This document shows, in pieces, positions 43,126-54,163 of a stretch of 64,000 bases of DNA. The translations under genes and the position numbers were made by a program. Below the pieces are notes generated by a model. The model worked only from the letters and a program-made list of their open reading frames with translations, was not told the origin of the DNA and ran no database searches. This DNA is from Tetramitus jugosus (lineage: Eukaryota > Protista > Heterolobosea), in NCBI GenBank assembly GCA_937625935.1, contig OW569344.1, positions 558,001 to 622,000 of the forward strand, in the 5' to 3' direction. Position 1 is the first letter of the stretch. Each line of letters opens with the position of its first letter.

Positions 43126-44244
43126 CTAAGCAGTCAAACAGGCCTTGCTCTCTTGTCTTATACGTCTCTGAGCCATAGCAAACCGCTCATCCAAGTCTGT
43201 TGTCGTTGTCTTTGTCGACAGAGCGACAGAGGATGTTATCGTTGATGTAGCTCCTGTTGTTGTTGTTGTAGTTGTGGTCCCAACTGCAGAGTAAGAAGGA
43301 GGGATGCAAGTGTAATGACGATGGTCATTCAATGGATGATATCCTCCTTCTTCTCTCTTCTCACCTCTCAACACCAAATGTTTCACCTTGTTGTCACTCG
43401 TTTTCATAGCTATCGAAAACGTCTTGCTCCTGTGAGTATATTCACTGCTGTTGTTGTTGTTGCTTGTTGTTAGAGCTGAATGATCAGTCATAGTATCAAT
43501 ATGACTGTGATTACTGTTTTTGTTGTTGTGGCTTGCATTCAAGTTTTGAATGTCATTTTTCATGTGATGGAAGGATGGTGATAATGATAGAGATGCAGGA
43601 GTGGGTAGAACCATTGTTGTTGCTGTGGTGGTTGGTGGTGATCGATGATGATTGAGAGGGATTCGATGATGCTGATGCTGATGATGATGAGACATCAGTG
43701 ATGATGGTGATGGTGAAAATGGAGAAGTTGAGTGATTGTTGTTGCTTCTTTGATATTGTTGTTGAGAGTGGTTCATAGTGTAGGGATGATACATGGCAGT
43801 GTTCGTGCCTTGTCTCCTACTATTATTACTCTCTGATGTGTTGTATGCTTGTTGTTGTTGACTGTGATGAGATGGAGAAGAAGAATAGTTGTGTGGAGAT
43901 CCTGCATGATGATGAGGTGACGATGATGATGTTGATGATGGTGAAAGACAAGATGATGGAGAGGATGGACTGAGAGCAGTAGGGCTACTGCCATTCACCT
44001 TCTTGGCCATGGATCTCCTGTTTCCACTGACTCCGGATTTCCTCGTGTTAAACATCCATGCATGAATTGCACTGTTACCTCCATTGTTGTTATTATTGTT
44101 GTTGTTGTTGTTACTATTGGTAGGTGAAACAGACATGGGCAGTTTTGGGTGGGATGGATTGTTGAGATCTCCGTCTCCAATAGTGGTTGCCATAGTTGGA
44201 GGCGATTGTGGCTTGACGTTAGGGGAAGTCCAAGTTCGAGGCAT
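43126..44244 (-). CDS. Hypothetical low-complexity (Ser/His/Asn/Thr) protein
   Basis: 372-aa ORF with host-typical homopolymer tracts; no recognisable domain. Confidence 0.6.
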   Translation of the reverse strand: MPRTWTSPNVKPQSPPTMATTIGDGDLNNPSHPKLPMSVSPTNSNNNNNNNNNNGGNSAIHAWMFNTRKSGVSGNRRSMAKKVNGSSPTALSPSSPSSCLSPSSTSSSSPHHHAGSPHNYSSSPSHHSQQQQAYNTSESNNSRRQGTNTAMYHPYTMNHSQQQYQRSNNNHSTSPFSPSPSSLMSHHHQHQHHRIPLNHHRSPPTTTATTMVLPTPASLSLSPSFHHMKNDIQNLNASHNNKNSNHSHIDTMTDHSALTTSNNNNSSEYTHRSKTFSIAMKTSDNKVKHLVLRGEKREEGGYHPLNDHRHYTCIPPSYSAVGTTTTTTTTGATSTITSSVALSTKTTTTDLDERFAMAQRRIRQESKACLTA

Positions 44245-44637
44245 GATGATAAAACAATGGAATGTGTTGTGGTTCGGGGTGAAAGGAGTTGTGTTAGGTA
44301 GTTGTTGCTGAGTTATAAAAGTGTCACTCTGTGAGTTATGTTGTTGTGTTGTGTGTGGTGGAGTGTGTTAACATTCTGTATGGCGCTACGAATGGGGTGG
44401 GTTACGGCTCTTGTCACTTCTCCTGCATCATCAAGAACGGACGCTTGACAACACTGGTTAGAGACAGGTGTCGCTCAAAATGGTTGACAACTGTCATATT
44501 CCGTGATGGTTGTCATTATTCATTTTCGTTTGGAGTGAAAGTGGATGAATAATTTGGGGTGTTATTACCTCAAAAAGAGCTTGGGGTGCAAAAAAAACAA
44601 ACGACGAAAATGAGAATCGGGAGAATAGAAGGGCACC

Positions 44638-45876
44638 TCAAAGCAGTGCACAGGTCGAACTTTCCCTCTCTATTCGTTCGATCAGCTGTGGTTTTATCAT
44701 TGACTTGTCAACATCACACATGACGTGAGTGTAAAGGCTGTTCCGAATATATACAAGCATGTAGGCCGACTTGGTAGCGATACCCGTTCCAAAGTTTGGT
44801 TCGAACACAGCAGCCTCTGGAATCTCTTTTGCATGTTCATCGTCAAACAGGATCCACCGTTTCTTGTCAGGATTCTGAGATACGTTCGATATGCACGTGT
44901 AGTGACCTCCATTGACACTTCCACTGTGAATCAATACACTCTGCAGTGTATAATTCCAATCTTCTGATTGTTCACTCTCAATCACAAACTCCTTGAGATC
45001 CATGTCGTTTGTGAACTCACACCTGGCATTAATCTTTCTCTGTGCTCCACTCATTGAAACTTCAAATCGCTTCAAATGAATAAAGAGAACTGGCGGGAAC
45101 GAAACAAAACGAATTCCCCGCTTGGCGTCCTGTAGTCCGAGTTGATCGTTTGCAAAGTAACGATTGTCGCCCATGAGCAAATCAGGTTTGACAAAGTGTC
45201 GCAAAGATTCATACACTGAAGGTGTAACAGTCAACTGGACATCATAAAAATCTTCTCTTCTCTTGCTTGTAAAGTTCACATGCAAGCACGACGTATAAAT
45301 TTCAAATTGACCCTTGAAGAGCTTTGAAATCAGATTGAATTCATCCTTGCTCTTTACATTTTTCTTCGTCAGTGCCTCTTCAATTTTTTCAATGAGCATT
45401 CTGGCCAATTCCTGTATATCGTGCTGAACATAGGCATCACTGGAGCTCCATCCAAAACTGTCCAACAACTTTTGTGTGTTGACACTAGAGTCACCGAATT
45501 GCAAGTGATAAAATGTGGATTGAAGTGCTTTGATGATGCGATTGTTCGAATTGTGAGCATCCCAGATTGCTTTTCTGAGCACTCGTATGTGAAACAGCGA
45601 TTGGAGCAGAGAGTTGAGATAACATGTGGCGCCCATGTTGTTGATACCATTCCATTTTTCAATAATGACTATTTGAGCATCTGATTGTTGTACAACAGAT
45701 GGTGACTGTTGATTCTTGTTGTTGATGTTAGATGATGATGATGATGATTTGCGTCGTCTGATAAAAATGAGTGAATAGAGTGCGACTGATATTGTGCTTG
45801 CGAGACCAATATAATAAAGTTTGAGTTTGCTGATTGGTGATGATGATGATGAATGAGAGCTCAATGGGACCATCAT
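44638..45876 (-). CDS. Ubiquitin-specific protease (USP7-like catalytic domain) with N-terminal TM segment
   Basis: Cys box GINNMGATCYLNSLLQSLF, VQHDIQEL, FPPVLFIHLKRF, His box IHSGSVNGGHY, WILFDD, SAYMLVYIR. Confidence 0.93.
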   Translation of the reverse strand: MMVPLSSHSSSSSPISKLKLYYIGLASTISVALYSLIFIRRRKSSSSSSNINNKNQQSPSVVQQSDAQIVIIEKWNGINNMGATCYLNSLLQSLFHIRVLRKAIWDAHNSNNRIIKALQSTFYHLQFGDSSVNTQKLLDSFGWSSSDAYVQHDIQELARMLIEKIEEALTKKNVKSKDEFNLISKLFKGQFEIYTSCLHVNFTSKRREDFYDVQLTVTPSVYESLRHFVKPDLLMGDNRYFANDQLGLQDAKRGIRFVSFPPVLFIHLKRFEVSMSGAQRKINARCEFTNDMDLKEFVIESEQSEDWNYTLQSVLIHSGSVNGGHYTCISNVSQNPDKKRWILFDDEHAKEIPEAAVFEPNFGTGIATKSAYMLVYIRNSLYTHVMCDVDKSMIKPQLIERIERESSTCALL

Positions 45877-46119
45877 TTTTTGCTTTTGTCGTTTGTGTGT
45901 TTGATTCTTTGAATGCACAGATGTGATTGAACTCTTTTTTTTGCGATCGCGGAAAAACTTTTTATTTCAGAGAAAATGTTGTTGGAGAAACGAAGGTGGT
46001 TAGTTGACTGGGATTTTCAATGTTCGTAGATGTTTAACTTTATTAAGTTTGGGAAGTGAGTCAGCGGTTTCGACAAGATAACCTCTGAGAGCTCATTTCC
46101 GTCTGCATCCAAGAGTAAT

Positions 46120-47685
46120 TCAGTCAGAGTCTTCATCAGCTCTTACATTCTTCTTCTTCTTACTGGGCGTTGATGACTTCAAGTGAAAGAGACAGTCGCT
46201 TGTTTTTCTGGCATTGAGCTTGAACGGAACAGATTTGGTCAATGCAGTTCCGTTTTGATCTCTGCACACCAGATGGAATGACTTTCTCTCATGCTCAAAT
46301 GAATTGACAAGGAATGATAGACTATATCTAGCGATCATTCCATTGCCCACAAGTTGAGATTGATGGATCTTGAGTGATTTGTTGATTCCAACATCTTCAT
46401 CCTCTTTCACCAACTCTAGCTTTGGCACTCTTGTTTGCTTTGTCTTGAATAGGACATGCAAAAAGTACTTGAATTTCTTTTCAGATCCACTGCCAATCTT
46501 CAAGGTTGTGTCATTATCACCTTTCCTTGACATAATGTCCTTTCGTGGTATGTCATATGTTCTGTGTCTATTTCTCTCGGGAGATAAGATCATGAACGAT
46601 ATGTGGTGTTTGGTTCCAACCAAGAGAGATAGTTCATCAGTAATAATAACATTTCTCTCTGATGGTGTCAGTTCTTTCTTGACAGGTGCTGGCATTGATT
46701 CAGTACTCATGAATGAGAGCTTAATTTGTTCAATGTCTCTGTTCTGACTTGATTGAGAAGGTGTGAATGTGTACACGTTTTCTTCTTCTTCTTCATCGTC
46801 ATCATTCACAGCTTCATAATCGCTATCATCAGCAGGTTCATTCTTGACTTGATAACGATGTGATGGTTCAGAAATGACTGAAGGAGCACAGGAGACGGAG
46901 CTTCGGCTAATACCAGATTGTCCATTGTTGTCTGTAGATGATGATATCAATGACTCATCACTTTCTTCATACTCTGACGATAGTGGTACCGTCACCAAAT
47001 TTCCAAACGAAGGTTCCTTCTTTGTCGTGCATGTCATTTTTTCGAAGGAGTTTGCAGATCCTGGTTGACTGCCGGAAATTATTGAATTGTAATTTTTGGA
47101 AAACACAATTTCCGGTTCAACTGCAGGAAAAACATTGTCCTCTTCTTCTTCTTCGGACTCTTGTTGCAATAGCTTGTCATGGTCCTTGAATGGATCTATG
47201 TACGAGTCTTCATCAAAAATGGAGGGGAGCTCTGAGAGACCCTCGTCAAAGTTCACTGGTGAGAATTCAAGTGGAGCTTCGATCATGCACTGATCTTCAT
47301 TGAACCAATCACTATCAAGTGATAGTTGTGCAGCAAACTTTGACGTTTCATATTCATGCATTGGATGTATACAACAGTCGTCGTATAGTGAAGATTTTTG
47401 GATCTTTGATATTGGAGAGAAATCACAACTGTCAGTAAAGGATCTCCTTCTCTTGTTGTTGTTACTTCTAGTCGTATTGTTCTTTGTTATGGCCATGTTA
47501 TTAAGGATGTGATGGTTATTGTTGTTAAGGAAATGGGAGTATGCTTCAGTTGTCGACGCAAAGTTGTTCATGTGAGCCATTACGTGTGAGGTGTAATAGT
47601 TGGTTGCAGGGGGATTTTGTTCTTCTCTTGTTTCTCTTGTCTTTTGTTGTTGTGTCTTATGATGAGATTCGGATGTTTTGATCAT
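46120..47685 (-). CDS. Hypothetical protein: acidic/Ser-rich N-part and basic beta-rich C-terminal domain (possible transcription factor)
   Basis: 521-aa ORF; start uncertain (several Mets); C-terminal domain followed by KKKK. Confidence 0.65.
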   Translation of the reverse strand: MIKTSESHHKTQQQKTRETREEQNPPATNYYTSHVMAHMNNFASTTEAYSHFLNNNNHHILNNMAITKNNTTRSNNNKRRRSFTDSCDFSPISKIQKSSLYDDCCIHPMHEYETSKFAAQLSLDSDWFNEDQCMIEAPLEFSPVNFDEGLSELPSIFDEDSYIDPFKDHDKLLQQESEEEEEDNVFPAVEPEIVFSKNYNSIISGSQPGSANSFEKMTCTTKKEPSFGNLVTVPLSSEYEESDESLISSSTDNNGQSGISRSSVSCAPSVISEPSHRYQVKNEPADDSDYEAVNDDDEEEEENVYTFTPSQSSQNRDIEQIKLSFMSTESMPAPVKKELTPSERNVIITDELSLLVGTKHHISFMILSPERNRHRTYDIPRKDIMSRKGDNDTTLKIGSGSEKKFKYFLHVLFKTKQTRVPKLELVKEDEDVGINKSLKIHQSQLVGNGMIARYSLSFLVNSFEHERKSFHLVCRDQNGTALTKSVPFKLNARKTSDCLFHLKSSTPSKKKKNVRADEDSD

Positions 47686-48601
47686 ATAAGATTGGTTTGG
47701 TTTACAATGGGAGTTTTGTTTTTCTGCTCGGTTGCGGTTGGTTTTAAAATGAGGATATGAAAGCTAATGGTATGTGAAAGCTTTCTGGTGGTGTGTTTTG
47801 GTTTCCGGGAAATGTAAGTATGTACAGTAAGTTTTTTTGTGAGGGAGTTAACTTTGGATGTTGTGTGTTGTTATTCGGTTGTTGTTAGACACGTGTGCTT
47901 TTTGTTCGTGTTCACAAACTCTGGTGGTTGTGAATCGATGAGAGATATAGAGAGATGTTTGCTGACGCCCAGGCGGTTGGGTGTGAAGTTCGGTCTTGTT
48001 CCTTTTGGGTTGGGTCTAGTACCAGAATTTAGTTCCGTTGTGCTTTCGTTTTTAAGCTTCATAAATGCTGAAATTTCAGGAACGAACACAAAAAGACTGG
48101 AGTGCCGTTCGCAATTGCGGATAAATCTCCCGGAAAGCGATCGGTCAATTCCGTCGGGCTTTTTATAGGTCAAAAAATGGAACGATTCGCGGATATATTT
48201 CGGATATTCCGGCTATTGAGGACTTTGATCGGTTGTGCGTTGCTCTTTTACTCAGAACGTATCTATTCTATAGTTTAGCCTGAGTGTTTGCGTCATTGAG
48301 CATACAGAAGGTGCAGTTCGGATTGCCCGTAGAAAGATTCTTGCAGGAAATCAGGTGCACGTGTCCTTCCAGCACACGAGTTGAAACTCCTTTCTAAATG
48401 AAGCGCCAAAATCGCGGTTACCAACCGACACAAATACCCTTAGGGTAAAATAGGAAATAGAACCGGGAAGAGGATACTCCTATTAAAATTAGCAGTTGCC
48501 AAAAACTCCTGTAGGCCAAACAATTCGTTATTCTCTCACTTGTTTTTGATTCTTTGTTTGTTCACTCGTTCTGAGCAGAAACAGTTATCGAGTCATCTAC
48601 G

Positions 48602-50128
48602 ATGAGGACACATCCAACAGCTATCATTGATCAACAAAAAAAATTAATATCCTTCTATGATCAAGCATTCGTGGATGGATTGAGGAAGGAGCTCGCACCT
48701 GCGATGCGTAATGGAGACTTTGAAAAGGTATACCATCATGCGAACATCATTCAACTCTGCGAGCAATCTTTTCAGTTTCAATGGATCGATGGCGAGAATC
48801 ATTCGAGCTCATCACAAACGAATCTGTCTATTGAGAAAATGATTCGTCAAGCATTACTTTTTGTCAGCAGGTACAGACATCAACAAACATTTAACAACAA
48901 TGATTCGAAAGATATTTCAATGCAACACCATGACGAGATCCGCACAAACGTTCCGAATGATGATATGGATGCCCTATTTGACGCTTTCCAAAATCTGAAC
49001 TCATCTTCATCAAAAGCTATTGATTCGCACTCAATGGATCCTTTCCGAACATGTTGTAGCATTCTAGAGGAAATCATGGATCAGATGTCGTCTTCGATTC
49101 GTCCAATGAACAATGATATGCTTCTGTTTCTGAGACGATTGTTTGATATTTCTTTGACGAACAGTGATGTGCTCTGTGGCTGTCGTTCCAGTGGGCTCAT
49201 GCATCTCATAATATGTAACATGTTGCCCAGCACTCTGGTATCATGGGAGTTGAAGAGTGAAATTACTCAATGGGCTTACAGTGCCATCATGCAAACAACT
49301 ACGACCTCAGGGGTATCGTACGCCACTTGGTTCTTGTATCCAACAAGGTATTTATCATGCGTTATACACGTGGCACATGAGGCATTAATTGCACTCTCGA
49401 GTAGTTACAGATGTGACCATTCACTGGCGACTCTTTTTCATTCTCTGAAACTATTGTCCATTTTGACTTCTCGAACGGGAATGTTTGCGTTGCAGACCGT
49501 AATGTCGTACGACACTAAAATTAGCATAGAGCTGTTCGATCTTTGTGTAGACTGCTTGAATATGTCAAATGATAATCAAATACGATTGCTCGTGCTCAAA
49601 ATGGTATTGACTTTGCTGGTGGATACTCATTTGATAGCGTTCGATTGGCTCAATGGAGATAGAGCTCACTTGATTCAAGTCCCAATCGCTAGCAGAATGC
49701 TACTCAGCACAGATCCAGATGTCGTCAACGTAGCGGGGCGAATATTGCTCGTGTTGCTGTCTCTCAAATCTCAGCATCAAAACTTGGCCATAGATATTGA
49801 TGGCAAGGCAATTGTGAGGGCAGTGATGATTAGACTAGTTGTGGATTCAGACTTGGAAGCCTTCTCTGAGTCAGCTCAGTTCTTCTCTCAACTTATGTTG
49901 ACCGATTTTCATACCTACTCACAGTATCTAACAGATACATTGTTCTTCAATGATCAACATGTCGTATCGATCATTTACAGCTTAGCCAATATCTGCAATA
50001 GAGAGAATTATTCGATTAATTCCAAACAAGCCAAGAAAGAGTTGGAAATTAAGCTGCTGCAGGTGAGAGAATATGTCAAAATGAATCGAACAAAAATGCA
50101 CAGAACAATTGCTCAATTGTATCAATAA
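48602..50128 (+). CDS. Hypothetical helical (ARM/HEAT-like) protein
   Basis: 508-aa Leu-rich ORF with amphipathic helix pattern. Confidence 0.65.
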   Translation: MRTHPTAIIDQQKKLISFYDQAFVDGLRKELAPAMRNGDFEKVYHHANIIQLCEQSFQFQWIDGENHSSSSQTNLSIEKMIRQALLFVSRYRHQQTFNNNDSKDISMQHHDEIRTNVPNDDMDALFDAFQNLNSSSSKAIDSHSMDPFRTCCSILEEIMDQMSSSIRPMNNDMLLFLRRLFDISLTNSDVLCGCRSSGLMHLIICNMLPSTLVSWELKSEITQWAYSAIMQTTTTSGVSYATWFLYPTRYLSCVIHVAHEALIALSSSYRCDHSLATLFHSLKLLSILTSRTGMFALQTVMSYDTKISIELFDLCVDCLNMSNDNQIRLLVLKMVLTLLVDTHLIAFDWLNGDRAHLIQVPIASRMLLSTDPDVVNVAGRILLVLLSLKSQHQNLAIDIDGKAIVRAVMIRLVVDSDLEAFSESAQFFSQLMLTDFHTYSQYLTDTLFFNDQHVVSIIYSLANICNRENYSINSKQAKKELEIKLLQVREYVKMNRTKMHRTIAQLYQ

Positions 50129-50138
50129 TAACTAGGTT

Positions 50139-53100
50139 TCAAAGATATGAAATTATATTGGCGTCGAATGCAAATTTTGTCCTATGATTATAGCTGTTTT
50201 GCTCTCGAGTCTTTCTTTCCATCAGATTCACTTTAATACCTTTCACAATATGCACCATTTTCCTGGTGCTCGGCAAGATCTCAGTGCCATAGATGGACAA
50301 AAATTTGATCAATTCTTGGATTAATGTTATTCTCAACTTGTCACACTTCGATAATTCTGTAGACGACTCACTCTGATTTTCGAGCTCATATAACTGTCGG
50401 CTCAGCAATACAACAGCATTTGCAATCATGATATCTCTCTGTCTCGACGATATTTGATTTGATGAACTATTACTCGATGTCTTTTGTTTTCTACCAAGCA
50501 GAATATCGTAGCCATCTTCGCAATTGCACACAATGAAAATAAAGAGCTGTACAATTTGATGCTGAACTTGCAACAGTTGATGTTCCTCGATATCTTCTCT
50601 CACAATACCTAAATTATCACTTAAGAAGCTAAAAACATTTTCCTCATTGTCAAGGAGAGTTGCCACGATACACTTGTGCTTCAGCAGAGGAGGGAAAATA
50701 TGAAGCAACGATTTCCACAAGTTCATATCATCCAATGGAAACGCGAAAAGATAGTCTTGCGTCACAAACTTTTTGAAGCTGTTGATGATGTTTGGAGAAT
50801 CGACTGATGCCAGAGCTCTCAAAGCACTAAACGTTAGCTCAAGTGCTCGAGTTGCTCTTCCTAAGAGGTGTCGGGGGAGTTGAAGTGTATCGTCCTGTAT
50901 CAACACTTTAATAAAATCCAGCAGCAGATCGACAGTATTCAGTTTGATGTCCACATCTTCTTTTGGGCTGCCTGTAACCAAGTGTGAAAAATCAATAATA
51001 GGTTGTACCACCTTTGAATCAACTACCGTATTGCTTTTAAATAGCAAGCAATCATTAGAAATAGAGGGCATAGATGGCTCCCATGCTGAACCAAGTTTAA
51101 TCCTCGGATTCTTGAATATAGCTTGTGGTGGTACCTCATTCGTCTCTTCTGTTTTAATAGGTTCATCGAGTCCATCTATTAGCTGAGCACCGATCATACT
51201 CTCGATACAATCGAAAGCATCTCGGTTCTTTGAGAAAAATAAAAGCAGGACGTCCACTGCAGCTTCGATCAATACAATATTCAGTTCAATTTGGGACTCA
51301 TCATGGATATTATCAATGCTACTCTTCATAATTTCAATCACGAGAGGAGCAATCGACCGTATAGAGGACTTCAAAAATAATTTCTTGAATAGTTTTTGAC
51401 TGTATTGGGTCAGAGGAAACATCAATTGGTAAAGAGTCTCGTCATACTTATCCCTCCGAGGCACCAGTGGAATCAAGTTGCTTGATCTGCCTGTCTGCAA
51501 TATGACACTGTCTGAAAGTGAGTGATTGCTTAGTGATATCGTACTTTCGTCAATTTCCATTGGCTCTGCCTGTGCTCTCTGTTGATTCTTAAACGGTGAT
51601 TCCAGCCTATGATTCATCACGGGTGGTTCTTCCTTCTGCGCAGCGATTTGAGCATTCAATCGTTGCTGTGCAGCATCCAGATCAAAGTCATCAAACAGAT
51701 CCATATCTTCCACATACTGTTCATTTTCTGAGCTCTTTTGCTGCTGCTGTTGCTGTTCCAACTCTTGAATCCTTTTCTGTTCGAGTATCAATTGTTCGTG
51801 GAACTGTCTTCTCGTTTCTTCCTCTTGTTTCTTCAATCGTTCGTTCTCATTGTTCGAATACTCCAATTTTGATTCGTATGTTTGTCTCTCCTGTTTATAC
51901 TTGGTCTCAATCATTTCATTCTGCTTTTGCATATCAAGCAATTGACTTCTCAATAGATGACGCTCCTCCTCCAATTTTTCCATCATTCGCTTCATTTCCA
52001 TTGCAGCAGCAGCATTGGAGTCTGACGACTCATTTTTCGAACCACTTGTCATGAACCCTAGATCAGCAAAACTAGAAATGGGTTCCATTGTGTCATTTGC
52101 ACCACCTACATTCACCATGATTGAATCTTCCATGAACTCACTCGTATTATTGCTCGGTGAGATGAGAATAGAGCTCGTATTGTGTGAATGATTTGCAATT
52201 GTAGGTGATTGTTGATTCTGTGCTTGAATATGACTACTCGTTGGAGAGATGACTGGTTTAAATGTTCGCACAGGTGTTGTAAATGATGATCTCTGTTGTT
52301 GTTGTTGTTGTTGAGGTGAAACATTCTTTGAATAAGGTGGTGATGCATTATTATTGTTATTGTTCTTTCGTGCAAATGTAGGTTTCGGATAATTCGTCTG
52401 TGGAGGTGGTGCCATCGTGAATTGACCTCTCGTTGTCGTCGTAGAAGTAGCACCAGCACCAGCACCACCACCACTACTCGTTTTCATCGTGTTTGGAGGT
52501 GATGTCTGCTGATGTACAAACGCTCTACGGTTCACATTGTTCCACCCTGAAGTCACTGCAGCATTATTATTGTGATTCGTATGGATAGTACTAGGTGATG
52601 TAGCTGTAGTAGGACTCGTTGGCAACAATGGTTTGTTAGGACTTGCACTATTAGATGTAGTTGCAGTTGTGGTTGATGGTGGAACAGTTGCTGAAAAGTA
52701 TGCTTTTCTACCTGAACCATAACCCCTTGGCATGTTGGTAGTTGCATTGGAGTTTGTCGTCGTAGCATGACTAACAGCAGTTGTTGTTGTTGTTGTTGTT
52801 GTACTTGGTATAGGCACAGATGTAAACCTGCGAGTATTTTCATTATTCGTGTTACTATGATTACTATTGTTGTTGGTGTTAGTGTTCGTTGTTGTATTGC
52901 TATTGTTATTGTTATTGTTGGGAAAATTGGTTGTTGTTCTTGTTGTTGTTACTGGTGTTTGATTGGGCACAGGAACGCGTCGAAATGTTTTTTTCTCCGT
53001 ATTGTTATTATTAACACTGTTGTTGTTGTTGTTGTTGTTGTTAGTATTTGTGGTATTATAGGTATTATGATAAATAGAAGAAGATGATTGTGGATTGACA

Positions 53101-53399
53101 CTCCGGAATGATGTGGCCCTCTGTTGATTGTTCGTATAATTGTTGTTTGATAGTGGAAATGTGGGTCTTGGTTGTTGAAACGTTGGGTGACCATTGTTAT
53201 TATTATGATACTGTTGTTGTTGTTGTTGAGGAATCACTGTGGTAGTTGATGTGTTGTTCATGTTTGTTGTAGTAGGTGACAATGTTGTGGTTGTAGTTGT
53301 GGTAGGATAAACGAGATCCAATTGTCGTTTGATTCCACTGGTGATTCGATTGGCATTGTGTCCTCCACTTTGCGTGATGCGTCTTCTATCGTTCATCAT
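50139..53399 (-). CDS. Hypothetical protein: Asn/Thr/Gln low-complexity N-terminus, central coiled coil, helical C-terminal domain
   Basis: 1086-aa ORF. Confidence 0.7.
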   Translation of the reverse strand: MMNDRRRITQSGGHNANRITSGIKRQLDLVYPTTTTTTTLSPTTTNMNNTSTTTVIPQQQQQQYHNNNNGHPTFQQPRPTFPLSNNNYTNNQQRATSFRSVNPQSSSSIYHNTYNTTNTNNNNNNNNSVNNNNTEKKTFRRVPVPNQTPVTTTRTTTNFPNNNNNNSNTTTNTNTNNNSNHSNTNNENTRRFTSVPIPSTTTTTTTTAVSHATTTNSNATTNMPRGYGSGRKAYFSATVPPSTTTATTSNSASPNKPLLPTSPTTATSPSTIHTNHNNNAAVTSGWNNVNRRAFVHQQTSPPNTMKTSSGGGAGAGATSTTTTRGQFTMAPPPQTNYPKPTFARKNNNNNNASPPYSKNVSPQQQQQQQRSSFTTPVRTFKPVISPTSSHIQAQNQQSPTIANHSHNTSSILISPSNNTSEFMEDSIMVNVGGANDTMEPISSFADLGFMTSGSKNESSDSNAAAAMEMKRMMEKLEEERHLLRSQLLDMQKQNEMIETKYKQERQTYESKLEYSNNENERLKKQEEETRRQFHEQLILEQKRIQELEQQQQQQKSSENEQYVEDMDLFDDFDLDAAQQRLNAQIAAQKEEPPVMNHRLESPFKNQQRAQAEPMEIDESTISLSNHSLSDSVILQTGRSSNLIPLVPRRDKYDETLYQLMFPLTQYSQKLFKKLFLKSSIRSIAPLVIEIMKSSIDNIHDESQIELNIVLIEAAVDVLLLFFSKNRDAFDCIESMIGAQLIDGLDEPIKTEETNEVPPQAIFKNPRIKLGSAWEPSMPSISNDCLLFKSNTVVDSKVVQPIIDFSHLVTGSPKEDVDIKLNTVDLLLDFIKVLIQDDTLQLPRHLLGRATRALELTFSALRALASVDSPNIINSFKKFVTQDYLFAFPLDDMNLWKSLLHIFPPLLKHKCIVATLLDNEENVFSFLSDNLGIVREDIEEHQLLQVQHQIVQLFIFIVCNCEDGYDILLGRKQKTSSNSSSNQISSRQRDIMIANAVVLLSRQLYELENQSESSTELSKCDKLRITLIQELIKFLSIYGTEILPSTRKMVHIVKGIKVNLMERKTREQNSYNHRTKFAFDANIISYL

Positions 53400-53726
53400 C
53401 TTGTATACATTAAGTTGTGAGTAAGGGTCTTTGAATTTGTTGTTGTTGCTATTGGTATGGAGAGAGAAACTGTGAGTGATGTGATGAAAAAATTTATTGT
53501 TATTTCGTCAACTGTTTGTTTGTTCTCAGTGAATTTCTCACCTCACGGAATTCTACTCAAAATGATGGGACAACAAATTTTGTTTCTTTCGTGAAGTTTT
53601 TTTGTTATTGTATCGCTCAATGTTGTTTTTTTTGTGCCGTTCTGTTTAAGTTTCGCGATTCCAGAAATTTGAGGAACAAAAAAGCAGACCGCCAAAGTTG
53701 AAGGCAAAGATCAAAGTCGTTTATCA

Positions 53727-53942
53727 TCATGAACCCAAGGATCTTCCCTTACCTGGAAACTTTTTTTGTTCCGAGGAAGAGGAGGAGGGTGTTGTTGAGT
53801 TCTTGTTGGTATTGTCATTGGTTTTCGTGCTTGTTTTATTGGCTTGTTTTTGTTTCGTTTTTGTTTCGGTCGTTGTCGACGTTGGCCTGTTACTGCTCGT
53901 CGTTCTCGTTGTTGTTGTTCTCGCTGTGACTGTTCGGCTCAT
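53727..53942 (-). CDS. 71-aa microprotein ending in an SHP box (Cdc48/p97-binding motif)
   Basis: C-terminal FPGKGRSLG fits FxGxGxxLG; ATG preceded by host-typical ACCACACAA leader. Confidence 0.6.
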   Translation of the reverse strand: MSRTVTARTTTTRTTSSNRPTSTTTETKTKQKQANKTSTKTNDNTNKNSTTPSSSSSEQKKFPGKGRSLGS

Positions 53943-54163
53943 TTGTGTGGTTCGTTGTTTGATGAATAAATTATTATTGTTTGTTGAGCTTTTATTGTGT
54001 TTTTTTCTGGTTTGTGTTTACGACGAGAACAAGGTAAAATTCCAAATTGTGCCTTGCTGAGCAGCTTACGCTTGTGCCATGCGGCTGTTGTCTTCCTGTT
54101 CAAAGAGCACAAACTCATTGATAGAGCCTCGAGATCAATCAAAGATAGCGATGCGCAACCAAA

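Noticed and set aside
47690-48600. Long spacer with ~100-aa ORFs or a possible ncRNA
   Set aside because: ORFs start at non-ATG codons and lack coding character; no recognisable RNA structure; more simply a divergent promoter region
52780-53045. (AAC/GTT)n arrays here and in many other genes
   Set aside because: Coding microsatellites for poly-Asn/Gln/Thr, not CRISPR or satellite arrays; they also generate the many spurious poly-Val/Leu/Cys ORFs
50139-53399. Possible ATRIP-like identity (coiled coil plus helical repeats)
   Set aside because: Architecture alone is too generic; no diagnostic motif recognised
53939-54142. 67-aa ORF upstream of the SHP microprotein
   Set aside because: Overlaps the NUF2 3' region and an A-rich leader; no splice link or coding features seen
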